From assembly GCA_010093605.1 (NCBI GenBank), contig MU004184.1, positions 1,932,801 to 1,996,800 of the forward strand: a DNA stretch of 64,000 nt, given 5' to 3'. Positions 50,333-63,173 of the stretch are shown here, piece after piece. The stretch is from Lophium mytilinum (taxonomy: Eukaryota). The position numbers were made by a program, and so were the translations under genes. Below the pieces are notes generated by a model that did not search any database, was not told the DNA's origin, and worked only from the letters and a program-made list of their open reading frames with translations. Every line of letters starts with the position of its first letter. Positions within the stretch are counted from its first letter, which is position 1.

Positions 50333-52357
50333 ATGCCGCGCAAGTGCACTCTCTGTCGCATGTCTTGCAAGGACGAGGGCGCTCTAGACATTCATGTTCG
50401 GAGCGCCCATCCGAACGCCTTTCCGTGCCCTTTCAAGGGTTGCAAAGAGAGCTTCGCGAGTAGGACTGATAAAGAAGAACATTACTGCAATCACTTTCCG
50501 CCCACGGCGGCAGGGCAGCCTCCCCAGCAAAAGCCAGGTCCGGCCCGACAGGCTTCCAATGCCAATGCCCCTCCCGCGCAGTTCCAGGTAAATGCGAATG
50601 GCTCCCGTTTCTCTGCAAATGGTAATCCAGGACAGCCTGCCGTACAGCCTCCAGCACCGACGCGCTCCGGCTTTCCTAAAGATGGATTCGCGCTGAGGGA
50701 CCCACCGTCCAGCAGCTATCTACCGAGAGAATCTCATGATACCTCTAGTAGCCCAACTGTCACCAGCAACGACGATGATAGGTTCCACTGCGGCATGTGT
50801 CTGCAAACCTTTCTAAGCAGATTCAGCCTAAATGCGCATATGGCAACCCATATCGGACCCCTAGTCCAGCACTGCAAGGATTGCAATTCGTCCTTCCCCT
50901 CGATCGACGAACTTGGTAAGCACATGCGACCAACGGGCAGCTGTCCACTTGTCGACAAACAAGGGTATAATTGCAAGGACTGTGGGAAGTCGTTTGCGTC
51001 TCAAGTGGCCGTTCAAGCACATGCGAACTCGGCGCACAAGCCTTCTATCCTAGCCCAAATCCGTGCGATCACTGCCCATATGCCGCCCCAACAACAGACC
51101 CAGCAGATGCATGGAAATACCCCGCAACAACTAGCGCACCAGGGATCCACGCAGTCTCCGCCGTCGCCTATTCGCGTGCGATTGCCGCCGACACAACAAG
51201 GCCGCGCTCGTCCAACTCCATTGGCTCCTCTGGTCTATCCCATCGAAACACTCCTTCGAACGCGTCCTGCTGTAACTCCTTCGCCACCACACCACGCGTC
51301 GACCAAGCCTCCTCCAAAGCATTCTGCTCCCGCGAATGCTCCCCGTCGTGGACCATCGCGTGCGGCTAAACGAGGCTCTCCGAAACCTCCATCAGAACCG
51401 TCCCCAGAAATCACGCAGAGGCTTGAGGAAATATCATCACGCGTCACAGACCTACAGCTACCTGACCGTCCAAAATACGGCCCCGAGGGCGCGGTTCTCT
51501 ACCACGACAAAATCTGGCAAGGTGTCCCATTCGGACAGCATGATACATTGCTGAAAGCACTTCACTGGCGATGCCACCTGTCTATTGCGGATCGAAAGAC
51601 TAAATCGGTCCCTAGCGCATTCGATGACGGCCTTTCCGAAGACGACCAGGAAGCGTCGAACTTCGAGCTCTCGCCCGTACCGGCTCAGGGGGTATCGAAA
51701 CAAGCAGCGATCGGACTGGCTTGTCACAAGATCATCGCCGAGGGCGGCAAGAACGAGATTGCCCACCTCTCGGTGCTTGATTTCTTTACAGGAGAAGTCC
51801 TTATGAACCACCTCGTGCTCCCGGATGCCTACGTTGAGAATTGGCGCACTAGGATCACTGGGTTCAATGAGAAGACCATATCAGACGCCATTGAAGCTGG
51901 CTGCTGTGTTCTGGACGGATGGAAGGCGGCTAGGCAAGCTATGTGGCTACTCGTCGACACCAACACGGTTATCGTTGGTTATCAGCTTCGGGAAACTTTG
52001 GATGCGCTGAGAATGACCCATGGTTGCGGAGTGGATGGAGCTATTCTGGTCCAGGAAGCAGCGGGCAGTAGCCTGAGCAAGAAGCAGTTGCGACTCGAGA
52101 CGCTTTCTCACGATCTCCTTGGCCGCGAGCTCAAGAGCGGAAACTACGGGCGCGATTGTCTTGAGATTGCGTTCGCGGCTCGAGAGCTTGTGATTTGGAG
52201 CACGAAGAACAAAGAGAAGCTGGCTCAGTGGGGCAAAGCGAAGGCAGTCGGAGGAGATGAGGAGGCAGAGCTGATTCGGAAAATCAAGGAGGAGCTTGCT
52301 GCTGAGAATGAGGAACGCCAAGATTCATCGGCGGAGAATGAACATGGTTTCACTTAG
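50333..52357 (+). CDS. C2H2 zinc-finger protein with C-terminal DEDDh (REX-like) exonuclease fold, catalytic residues substituted
   Basis: Five C2H2/C2HC fingers; 'LSVLDFFTGEVLMNHLVLP...VENWRTRITG' and 'TVIVG' REX-like scaffold. Confidence 0.85.
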   Translation: MPRKCTLCRMSCKDEGALDIHVRSAHPNAFPCPFKGCKESFASRTDKEEHYCNHFPPTAAGQPPQQKPGPARQASNANAPPAQFQVNANGSRFSANGNPGQPAVQPPAPTRSGFPKDGFALRDPPSSSYLPRESHDTSSSPTVTSNDDDRFHCGMCLQTFLSRFSLNAHMATHIGPLVQHCKDCNSSFPSIDELGKHMRPTGSCPLVDKQGYNCKDCGKSFASQVAVQAHANSAHKPSILAQIRAITAHMPPQQQTQQMHGNTPQQLAHQGSTQSPPSPIRVRLPPTQQGRARPTPLAPLVYPIETLLRTRPAVTPSPPHHASTKPPPKHSAPANAPRRGPSRAAKRGSPKPPSEPSPEITQRLEEISSRVTDLQLPDRPKYGPEGAVLYHDKIWQGVPFGQHDTLLKALHWRCHLSIADRKTKSVPSAFDDGLSEDDQEASNFELSPVPAQGVSKQAAIGLACHKIIAEGGKNEIAHLSVLDFFTGEVLMNHLVLPDAYVENWRTRITGFNEKTISDAIEAGCCVLDGWKAARQAMWLLVDTNTVIVGYQLRETLDALRMTHGCGVDGAILVQEAAGSSLSKKQLRLETLSHDLLGRELKSGNYGRDCLEIAFAARELVIWSTKNKEKLAQWGKAKAVGGDEEAELIRKIKEELAAENEERQDSSAENEHGFT

Positions 52358-53067
52358 GCTTCGAAACAGACAGAGGTGGATCTCGAGGTGAGTCTGACTG
52401 TCCGGATAACTTGGCTGCTACGTGGGCGAAAATGAGAGCCTGGGATGTCTCGACCAACTTATGGTTGTAGGGCGATTGGCTGCGAGATTTGGAGGGAGGG
52501 CATGTTTCTTTTGGTACTCAGCGTAGTTGGAGGTAGTCCCCAACTTGCCCTTAATTCCTTAATTCCTTGGAGATGTATGATGGTAGTATGGAGAACTTGA
52601 TAAGTCGGAATCTGAAAGATGCCCTTAAGCGTGTGCCTTCTTTGCGAGGTGTGAGACTCAGCGATAAGGACAGAGTCTACGCATTCGTCTGGCTATCGTA
52701 TGGCGTTTGCCAAATGGGTTGTCTAAAGTCTAAACAGAACGTAGCCTTCATCATCTGTTGTGTCGACAGGTAATTCTTGTATTGGGGCAATATGGGAGAA
52801 AGACTAATACCGTGGGTACACTTCAAGATAAAAATGTTGGCCGAAGCGCCCTAGATAGTCGCTCGGGAACGCGACTGATCAAAGATCCTGGTCCTGTAGG
52901 TCTTCATAGCTAATCGAATGGCAACTCTTCTAAAGCTATTGTATTTCACTGTCTAATAGTCTAACCCGTATACTCCAAATATTCATGATTATTAGGCCAA
53001 CCAATCTCTTAAGGACTGCGCCTCTCGGCTCTTATTACTCCTTCTAACTTCCATAGTACGATTATAC

Positions 53068-54042
53068 CTAACCTTCCTTGAGAGTCTTCCTCTCATCCTC
53101 TTCAGCGTTCTCTACAACATCAACCATGAAACCACCACCCAGCAGAATAGCAGGCTCGGCGAGGCTATGGTGCTCGTAACTTCAATCCTGTCAGTACCGC
53201 CACAAACATCGTGAGTCCAGACGTACCTCAAAGTTCCCACACCTCCCGCCTCTAATATTAAGGACGGATTATCCGAGATGTTCTTTCCTATCCAGCGCGC
53301 TGCAAACGACCGCAATATATGTCCATGCGCCACGACCAAGACGTCACAAGGCCCCGCCTCCTTCCGCGACTTCCCAATCGCGGGTTCATGATACCGTTTC
53401 CGGATCTCCACGATAAGACGATCGAGGCGGGCTGTGATGTCTTTAGGGGACCTATAATCATCACTCATTAGCAGCGGGTTGCTAGAAAGCAAAGAACAAC
53501 CAACACTCACTCTCCTCCCTCGCATCCATCCCGCCATATATCCCAATCATCACCTAGGCCCCTCGCCTTCCGTTGCTCGCGAATCGTTGCGCTCGTCAGG
53601 CCTTCATAGTCGCCATAGTCCCACTCCCGGATGTCCTCCGTGATCTCCACCTTCGCGCTCGTGCGTACGGCGGAGTCGGGGTAGGCGCGGTTGGTCTGCC
53701 AGGGCATGGGGTCTGGGCAGCCTAGGCCGAGGAGCTCGAGGGTGTGTTGGGCGCGGCGGCGGGGGGAGACATAGCTGGTTGCGAAATGGTCAGTCTTGCA
53801 TTGAGGCTGCGTGTAAAAACGAGAAGTTTGAAATTGATGTTGGAACGTGTGAAACGAGCGTACATATGCGCCAGATGCCGGGGCACGATCAGCCTGTCGT
53901 CTCCCACTAATGCTTTCCCGGTCGCACGCATTCGCTTCTCTCCGTTGGCTGTGAGAGGTAGTTCGGTGGTGCCGGTATGCCGTCCGTTAAGGGACCATTC
54001 TGTCTCGCCGTGACGAATGATGAAGACGCGCGGGGTGGTCAT
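53068..54042 (-). CDS. SHB17: Histidine phosphatase, sedoheptulose-1,7-bisphosphatase-like (3 introns)
   Basis: RHGETEWSLNGRHTGTTELPLT, REWDYGDYEGLT, WDIWRDGCEGGE, VAHGHILR, LSYEHH. Confidence 0.85.
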
Positions 54043-54811
54043 GACGGATGATTGGACGATAAAGGGGAAACCTCAGTCGGATCTGTTGGCTTTGCTAGGG
54101 GCTCAATTGGAGTAGCAGGTGAGTTAGATAGAAAAGGGAGTATTTAGAGGGGATGAAAGTGGTGTTGATATAAAAAGATTATGAAGGGACTTGGATTCGA
54201 TGATCTCATTGGAAGCCGTGGCCTCCGTGCTCTAGAATGGAGGGGCAGGAGGGGCAGGACAGGGAGAATAAGGTCTAGTCAGCCTTGTTCGGTCTTCGTC
54301 AGCAAATGACACATGTTTACTCTCCGTATAATTGATGAGGAGGGCGTGTCTAGTCTCTCGGTATACATGAAATTTAGGACCCAAACCATTGATTAAAGTA
54401 ATTCCAAGACGATTGAAAAGGGTAACAGACTAGTCCGTTTAAGGTTAAGCATATTTTACTCATCACATGACCCAAGGGCTCCATGGACGGAAAAGATCCC
54501 CGTCACACAGAAGAGTAGTAAAGGCCCGACTTAAAAGTTTATATGAGGTTTGCAGTCTTTCGAACACGACTTAGCCTATTTTTTTAATTGAACTTCTGTA
54601 ACCAGAGAGCCTCCTTTGATGCGGCACTATCTCGGAAAATTTCTCGTCGTCCCACTTTCGAGTCACATCTGCACCTTCGCGTTCTTCCCCTCAATATAGA
54701 TAGGCGGTACTATACGAGCTGATAAGTGCCTCTGGTACAAATAGATTCTCCTTCTCTCAAGAACATATCTCCGTTTTTAAGTGTTCATCACGAGTCACTA
54801 TTCCAGCCATC

Positions 54812-56371
54812 ATGTCTTTCATCGATTCCGCAGCCCAGCAGTCGGGCATTCCCTTGTCTACTAAGGTCACTGTTCTTTTCATCACGTTGCTAGTGCTTTT
54901 TCTCTCCTACGTTGTCCATGCCCTTTATCTCTCGCCTTACGCTCACATCCCTGGTCCTTTACTTTCACGTCTATCCAACCTGCCTCTCTACTACGCCACT
55001 TACAAGGGCAACGAGGCTACCACTATTGGCCGTCTCCACGCCACTTATGGCCCCGTCGTACTCATCGCACCTAACGAAGTGAGTGTATCCGACGGCCGGG
55101 CCCTCAAAACCGTCTACACGGACGCCGGGGGCTTCCGCAAGGCCGATTGCTACCGGAACTTCGACATCGATGGCTTCCCCAGCATATTCTCCGAGCTAGA
55201 GAGGGGCAACCGCGCTGTGAGGTTTAAGAGCGTGAGCGGGCTGTTCAGCACCGGGGCCATCCGAGATAGTGGAGAGGAAGTGATCAAGGACGTAGCGCAG
55301 CGCTGGATCGCGTATTTACGGCAAGCAAAAGGAGGAGCTAAGGGTCACGGCAGGTCTGCGGATGTCCTGAAAGCTGCGAGAGCTTTTGCGCTGGATGCAG
55401 TAACGGGGTATCTGTTTGGGGAGTGCTATGGAGCGTTGGCGGAAATCGCACAGGAGGAGAGGGAAGCTAAAGGAGCTATTGAAAAGATTTCTGCGAGTCT
55501 GTTCGTTGACTCGTTTGTTGCAGTCGGACGGTTCTTCTATCTCCCGTCTTGGGTCTTCACGCTATTGGAGACGTGGAGTGCTAGATTGGCAAAGGATAAG
55601 GTGCAAGTGGAAGAGAGCCTGGAAACGGTCGATGGATTCGTGGGCAAAATCACTGAAGAGACGGCTGCTAGACTAAGCGATGAAAAGGAGGAAAACTCCT
55701 ACCAGGCAAGAATGCTCAAGGCAGGTATCTCAAAAGAGGAGACAAAGGCTCAATGCAAAGACCTCATGTTCGCTGGTACAGACTCCACAGGAATGAATCT
55801 GGCTACAATCTGCTGGTATCTCACAAAAGATCAAGAGAAGTAATAATTTCTTTCAGCTATAACTCTCTCAGCTAACATGCATAGATATAAGAAGCTCCGT
55901 GCCGAAGTCCTCGCGAACCCTGACTCATCACCTCATTTGCTTCCATATCTGACGGGAATCGTGAAAGAAGGACTTCGCCTCAGTATGGCAAATCCGACGC
56001 GTATGCCTCGCGTGGTTCCATCGACTGGCTATACCTTACCAGGCGGCCAATTCCTTCCTCCAACTACGGTAATCGGCTTACAACCGTACACTTTGCATCA
56101 CAACCCGGCCGTCTTTCCATCGCCGAACGAGTTCATTCCTGAGCGGTGGGAAGATGCTACCCCAGAGATGCTTAGGGACTCCATACCATTTGGGCTTGGC
56201 AGCAGAGCGTGCATTGCGCGCAATCTAGCCACTGTGGAGCTGTACATTGCCGTTGACACAATCGTGCGCGATGGTCTTCTGGAAGGAGCCTCTCCATGCA
56301 AATCGAAGATCGAGATCCTGGAGTGGTTTAATTCCAAGGTCATCGGGGAGAAAATAGAGATCAGATGGTAA
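54812..56371 (+). CDS. Cytochrome P450 (1 intron, about 55840-55883)
   Basis: N-terminal TM + IPGP, FAGTDST, EGLR, FIPERW, FGLGSRACIARNLA. Confidence 0.92.
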
Positions 56372-56667
56372 CCATATTTAGTGCCTATTTCTCTCGCTAC
56401 GCCTGTGAATATATCAGATAGAAGTTCACTTAGCGGTTGATCGGTGGCGTTCGCTTGTAATCTTTGTTCCCGACTTCTGATGTTACGCGTTGTACGTTGT
56501 ATACCAGATTCTGATCGAAGATTCGATCTCAAGTTCACGTGTTTGCATTATGAATTGCATTTGTGGAAGGGAAGAGCCTGAAGTGGTATTCGTTGCGGTC
56601 AAAAGATCTATAAAAGCGTGTTTAACTCCAATTCGCCGTTCGCTATGCTTTTGAAAACCAATATACT

Positions 56668-57785
56668 CTATGCTCCCGTTTTGACCATGAAGATCTATGA
56701 CAATGTTAGCATCAAAATCAGAATAATAAATATAAAAATATGCGTACCTCTCGCATGGCCCTCGGGTCCATCGATGCCATCTTCTTTTGGCGAATGTATC
56801 GCTGCCTGACCGCGTGCCGCCCGCCCACCATACTGAATGCTGGATTGGTCGTTGGCAATGCCGGCTTCTTGACTTCTTCAGCTTCATCTTCCTCTGAGGA
56901 AGACGATGATTGAGCTCTGGATGGTGTAGCTGTGCTGGTGGCTGAAATGGACTTAGAGCCGGATTCCGCTACTTTTCGTTCGGCTTTCTTGAGTCGTCGG
57001 GCCTCTTTCAAGGCCCGCCTCTCCACTTTCCTCCGCTTCTTTTCCGCCTTCTCGTCTGCGGATTTGGACGTAGCTTTAGCGGACTCGGAGGGCGTTTCGT
57101 CCGCATTTTTCTCCTTCTGCCTCCGCCGCTTCTTCTCTTTCTTTTCTTTAGATTTCGATTCAGCCTCCACACCCTCATCAGAAGCGTCCGCAACAGCAGC
57201 AGCCGCAAGATTCTCCCTCCCCTTCTTCCTCCGCACCTTCTTCTCCGGCTCCACGCTCACGCCGTCTTCCTCCCCCCTCTTCCTCTTCTCTCCCTGCACC
57301 AACCTCTCAATTTTATCCCCCACCAAGAACCCCCCACTCACAAATCTCATGGTGCCCCACCTCCGACTCGTAAACACCTTCATCTCCAAATCCTCCCTCT
57401 TCTTCTCCTCCGCCTTCAACACCTTCTCATCCTTCCCGTTCAGCCTCCCCAATACGCCCTCGAAGCCCCCGAGCCCGAACCGCTCCGCTGCCTCCTTGCC
57501 CCGCTTCGCCCCGAGTCCGAGATTGTCTTCTTTTAGTAATACGCGGATGTGCGACGCGTTGGCGGAGGTGTAGTGATCGGCATGTGCGGCATCGGTGGCG
57601 CCGAGGTAGTCGCCGGGAGTCCAGCCTTGGGAAGTGAGGATGCGGTGGCCGAAGCGGTCGGTGTTGCGAGACCAGTTGGTGTTGTTTGGGTCTGCGGAGA
57701 GTTTGGTGCGGCTATATGATTGTTAGTAGGGAGAACTGAGGAGAAGAGAGGAGAGGAGCTGCCTTTTTGGTGCGCTGAGACCCAT
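56668..57785 (-). CDS. PXR1: G-patch protein PXR1/Gno1/PinX1 (2 introns, first one GC-AG)
   Basis: MGL.AP...KLSADPNNTNWSR...FGHRILTSQGWTPG..LG...K.DNLGLGA, KKE-rich tail, C-terminal EIFMVK. Confidence 0.9.
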
Positions 57786-58068
57786 TGTGAGGGGATGGGG
57801 TGGCTGTCGTGAGGTTTAGGTTGAAGAAACCTTGGTGTGGAGAAATATTTTTGGGCGGCGGGCAGCTTCGTTGCGCAAAGAAGTGGTAGTCGAGCATTTG
57901 TGGAGTGCCACTTCTTGTTCAAGGGCGCCCTGCAGGACCTATGTGTTAGTCCGTGCGTCGACATCTCTAACTCCAATGCCGAACTGAGAGGTTCCATTTC
58001 ATCAACCATCACATCAAGAGATGGGATTGCTTGCTTCCGACTAATCACCAGCACTAACACCACGCGCT

Positions 58069-58712
58069 ATGGCCCCTCCAAACGGCACCAAAGCCGCGCA
58101 AAAGGGCGACATGGGCCCCCCAAAGACCATACTAAAGAAAACCACTACCAAAGAGACAGCCACCCACTCAACAGGCAATCAGAAATCCCGTACCGAAACA
58201 TTCACCGACGAGCAAGAACTCGATGAGGTCGAAACGGAATCAAGCTTAGGCTCGCAGAGTGATCCACTTCAAGAGCTGATGGCAAGAATCAAACGAGACG
58301 TACGTCTGATATCCATCCTCACCCGAACACTCCCCACGATCCCTAACCCTCCCCGCTCAGCGCGCCACCCGCAAAGTCGCCGCCCGCGCAAGAATCCGCA
58401 GTGTACACGACGCCCGTGTTGCCAAGACCCGCACGACTATCACAGCGTTCTTCGACCGCCATGACGAGAAGCTGTACGTCCCCAACTAATCCCCATTCAC
58501 CACTCCCCGCGAGAACTAACCAAACCCCCTTCCTCAGCACTCAAGCACGCCAAGCCCACTTAACCCGCTTGAAAGAGCTCCTCGCACGCAAGACCGCCTT
58601 GGAGGCCAAAATGGTCGCCTGCGTGCGCCGGCTGCGGGATGGCTACGTCGCTCATTCCAAGGACCTGCAGCTAGTGCTGGATGCGCGGATTGAGCTGCTT
58701 ACGAAAAGGTGA
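58069..58712 (+). CDS. Hypothetical small coiled-coil protein (2 introns)
   Basis: ATG followed by two GT...CTAAC...CAG introns joining coding-like frames. Confidence 0.6.
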
Positions 58713-59362
58713 AGATGCTAGCCGCAAGTGTTGCTCTCAAGGTTCATCTTCAACTTCATCTTCGGTCACGCTGGAAAGAGTGAGTGGGACAGAGGTCGGT
58801 ATATCGAGTGCCGAAGCTAGCGTTTCAGGAACAAAACTGATCCAACAGTCCGTAGTGCGGCTGCTAGGGTCCGGGGTGGAGCGGAGTTTGAGATATAAGA
58901 ACAGCTTATCCGAGGGGACGGATATTATCTGACTTGCGGATGCGAGATCGAAGATCGGTAAGTGGAGTTTTATGATCTAGGAGCTCATCGTCACGGGGAT
59001 CTGGGCGCGTGTTTCAGACGGAGGATCTTGAACCATGGCTCAAAAAATGGGCGAAAGGAGGCAAACATATGGCGAATTTGGCGTTATTACTGATAATGAT
59101 ATACAGAATAATGATAATTACTGCTTGTAACGTACTAACACTCTCCCAAGTTGCCTTGTCTCCACAATGATTCTAATATCAGAGGCCACCAATGTATCCA
59201 CGCACCGATCCTCCGGAGCCGCGCAAGAATACTCCAGAATCAACCCTTAGTGAAGTACAACACAGACAAGAAAACGCACCCCAAGACGCCCGCTAAAGGA
59301 ATAACGCGTGGGAAAAACTGAAGTGTCCTAGTATTTACAAAACGGTAGACCGAAAAACGAGA

Positions 59363-61126
59363 TTACGTCCTCCAAAACTTCCAGCCCTCTCGGACTTCCT
59401 TAGCAATGCGTCGTCTCGAGCTAGCAACTCCAACCAGCCGTTCAATACCCTCGTTGCCCTCGGCGCGGAGGAATTTCTCCTGGTCAATTTCCTCGCCGCC
59501 ATCCTCCTCGTTCCCGTTGTGGAGGACGGCAGGCCAGAGGACACCCACACCGTCGCCGGCAAGCGTGGTCTCAAACTTCTCAAAGCCTTCAGCTTCAAGG
59601 GCGATTTCAAGGGTGTCAAGGATGTTGTGCGTAGTGGGTGGCTCCGAGACAGCTGAGTCTATCTCGCAGTCGTCCTCGTCCGATTCGATTGTGGAGATAG
59701 AGGGTGGAGTACGAACAGGGGGTTGGGGCTTCAAAATAGTTATGGCGCACCCACCTCCACCCGCACCGGTCAATTTGGTCCAGCCAATGCCGGTATGGTC
59801 GATCAGTTCGCGAATGCGCTCGAGCTTGGGGTGAGAAACGCCAAGAGAGACGAGGAGACCATGGTTGATGGTGATGAGTTCGCCTAGGTGCTGAAGAGCT
59901 GCCGGGTGTGTAGGATCGAAATCGGGAGAGGTGATCAAGTCATGCGCGGATTCTGTTACGTGGTCGATGCTGTCGAGGAGGTTCTCGGTGATCCGTGGAT
60001 GCGCAGCTTTCAGGTTGGCGACCTTCGCAACTTCAGTTGCGGTGCTCCGCGATTGGCGCGTGTTGACCAAAAGGAGAGGGAGCTCTGGGAAATTGCGGAG
60101 GGGGATCACGACTGGAGGCTTGTTGTAATCTGCCCGCTTGAATAGCACGGCTTTGCCCCCCGCAGATACGGTGTTATCTACGCCAGAGGGGTTGCCATGA
60201 ATGCACATCTCGCCAACAAACGCCCAGCGGTTGATGCGCTCAATCTGGAGGCCGCATTCTTGCGGAGGTTGGTCTGGGTGGGGTCCGCTGAGAGCGCGGA
60301 TTTGCAGAAGCAGTGCCGCACTCAGGCAGACGGCAATGGTGGCACTACTTCCCAGGCCAGCACCAATTGGGATCGTGGAGCGGAGAGTATAGATGCAGGG
60401 TGCGGACTTTTGCGACCCGAGAGAGAGGAAAAGGTATAAGAAGGCCGAGGCCGAAGACTGGTGTATCCTTCGATCCGATTCGGGGAGTTTTGTAGAGACG
60501 CATGCGATGAATGGCTGCATGGCAGCCACGAGGTCAGGATCGAGGGAGGTGACGAGATCGTAGTAATACTTCTTTTTCTTGGGGTGGGAGAAGGCGGCCC
60601 ATGGCAGATCGTCAATGTTCCAGGTGTGGTCCAGACTGATGTCCGGGAATCGCAGAGTGACGGTCCGTCGAGATTTGGAGAGGAAAGTAACGTGGAGGTA
60701 GGATCGCAAGGAGATAGAAGCCGCAATCGCAGCCTAAACAGTGTCAGCAGAGGCGCGAACACGCCAATTGAGAACACCCACTTTGCCATGAACTACGGCA
60801 TGCTCGCCATACACGATGACCTTGCCCGGCGCAGAGACCATAAAGGGCGGCATCATGGGCACGGAGGGTCTCCGCATGTGTATAGCGGAAACAGGCTGGA
60901 CTTGGAGGTTGTTGACCTTGGACGCGCCAGAGCGGTCAGGCAGAGTGAGGTTCGGGGCCATGATGCTGTCGTCGTCGGGGGAGGGAGGTTCTGGCGTCTG
61001 GGTGCCGTTGCTCACGGTGGAGAGCGACGTCTTTTCTTCTTGGTCGGACTGCTGCGACTTTTCGGACTGCTGACGGCTGTGGCCATCGGATTGGCCCCTG
61101 CGCCGCAACGGAGAATGGGTCGTCAT
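59363..61126 (-). CDS. ERG12: Mevalonate kinase (1 intron; start may be 61165)
   Basis: SAPGKVIVYGEHAVVHGK, PIGAGLGSSA, IHGNPSGVDN, KLTGAGGGGC GHMP motifs. Confidence 0.95.
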
Positions 61127-63173
61127 GTCGGCGCGGAACTGGGACGGGTAGCCGCTGTGGAGCATCTGTCCGGCGGCGGAGTGAGTTGATATGGGAGAAG
61201 GTATTGTAGGAGACGCGGAGTAGGCGGAGGAGTGAATAGGAGTGGTGATATTAGCTGGCGTTGGGAAAGTCGAAGTGACGGTTAGCGGCCCTTTTGGATG
61301 GTTCCTTGCAGCGCAGCCCTGTCGGCGATCATGCTTCGAGGCGCTCCCCACAGCCCGGTCTTGTTTCGTCTAACAACTGTTGCGCAGCTCTGTGGGATAT
61401 TTCTCACGATGCACAAAGAAACACCGTTTCGCAGTGGGATTGCAGTACTATGTACAAAGGCTTCGGAGGGGGGGGGCTTAGCTGGAGTCGTTGCGCCTTT
61501 TGTTACAGGCCCAGTGCTATTGGTCGCGTGTTCCTGCACTCGCCCCTGCCTTGTTATATTTCCCTCGCTGCCAAAAGAGACGACGGGGCGGATGCGACGG
61601 CAATAGTCTGGCTGTCTACAGACCGCAAGTTTGGCCTCTACCATCCCCGAGAAACTTCCTTGGATACACCTTCCACGGGTGTGGTGGAACACGGCGGCGC
61701 AGCAGCGAATGACGCGTACAAACTGACCTCCCCAGAGCCCGGCGCATGCGGATTGTGGACCTGCGTTCTGGGGATTATGGACACGTGACTTGAGTTGGGT
61801 CTGGAAGTTACCCAAGTAGGAAGATTCCGGCCTTGTCGAAACTGTCCATCTATCATTCCGGGCAAGATGCCAGAGAGCCCCGGGCCTAAACAAGTGTACG
61901 CCAGCGCAGAGTGGGGGAATACAGGAAGTATCGAATCACAGATTCACGGGCTGCCATTTTCTGTTCAAATAAGCCTAAAAGGCAAGACAGGGACTCTGGA
62001 CATGAATTCTAGTGTTATCTATTCTATTTCTACCCGTACCACCACGTCCTCAATCCCTGTTATCCATGCGCTCCCCCAGCGGCCAATCAGTACATTTTTG
62101 CGGCCATTGAACTATCTTGCAGCACTTCCAAAGCTTTCCAATCGATGGTCACACCCTGTTCCTTGGTATTTGCTGGAGAATATCATGTCACCCCTCCGTG
62201 TCAACCCTGCACCTCTCAAATTGTGGGACGGTTGCGAATAAGGTGAAGGCAGTTCTGATAACGATGCAACAGATTACGACAGAAGGACTATCCATCTCGG
62301 GGAGCACAAAGATGACTGATGGTCATATGGTGAAACGGCGCCAGCATGTGCAATCCACTTGGAAGCTAGTAGTCTCGTCGGATTTCAGTACCGTCTGTAT
62401 GTCGAAAGGGTGTGGTGTTGGGACCTCTGTCTAAGACATGGACAATTCACATTTTGGTTATCTAGCGTACTTTCCACTTTAGGATTCTGCTAATCATACG
62501 TGAGCTGAGCTAGGGCGGCGGTAGACCCTGAGTCTTCGGTTGCAAATGCAGGGAGTCGTTACGGATTCATGAGTACTCTTTTAGCAATACTGATGGTGCT
62601 TGATGACATCGCCGGAGATCTCTGAGCATTATTTCCAGGTAGCGCCGTTTGAGCCCAGCTAACAAGTTCACAAGCAGCCAAGATTGATGGACATTCGCAT
62701 TCTTTGGAGCCTTGTAAATGTATTGAGGCGCTCAAAGCGATCGTAAAGTAATGCACTCACAATCTGCGGGACGCGTTGGGTATCTCTTCTCACCCCTCCT
62801 CAGTGACAACCCATAACCCGGGCGAAAAGCGCCCGAAACACGTCGTGGAAGTTTCCATCAAGCCTTAATATTGCTCCGAAAATGCAAGGACTTCGGTCCC
62901 CACAAGGAATGGGTGGAAATTCTGACCGTTGAGTTCTGTAGATGTGTGGTTCTTTTCCCTACGACGAGTGCCCTTGAGCCTGTCAAGAACGGACCTGCCT
63001 TAATCCCCGATAAATAAGCCCGGGAACAGCGTCTGATTGGCTATTTTTATCTGTTTCAGATTATTTGTGTAACAGCCCTGCCGCCTTGTCAACGGACCCC
63101 TCAAGCCTCGGAAACAGTGTCCTCATCTACGCGCTGGTGATTGTTCGTTCCATCATCACCCCCATCACCAAAC

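Noticed and set aside
63155..63164. ATCACCCCCA as a sterol regulatory element
   Set aside because: Imperfect match lying in the C/A-rich 5' UTR about 10 bp before the STE24 ATG
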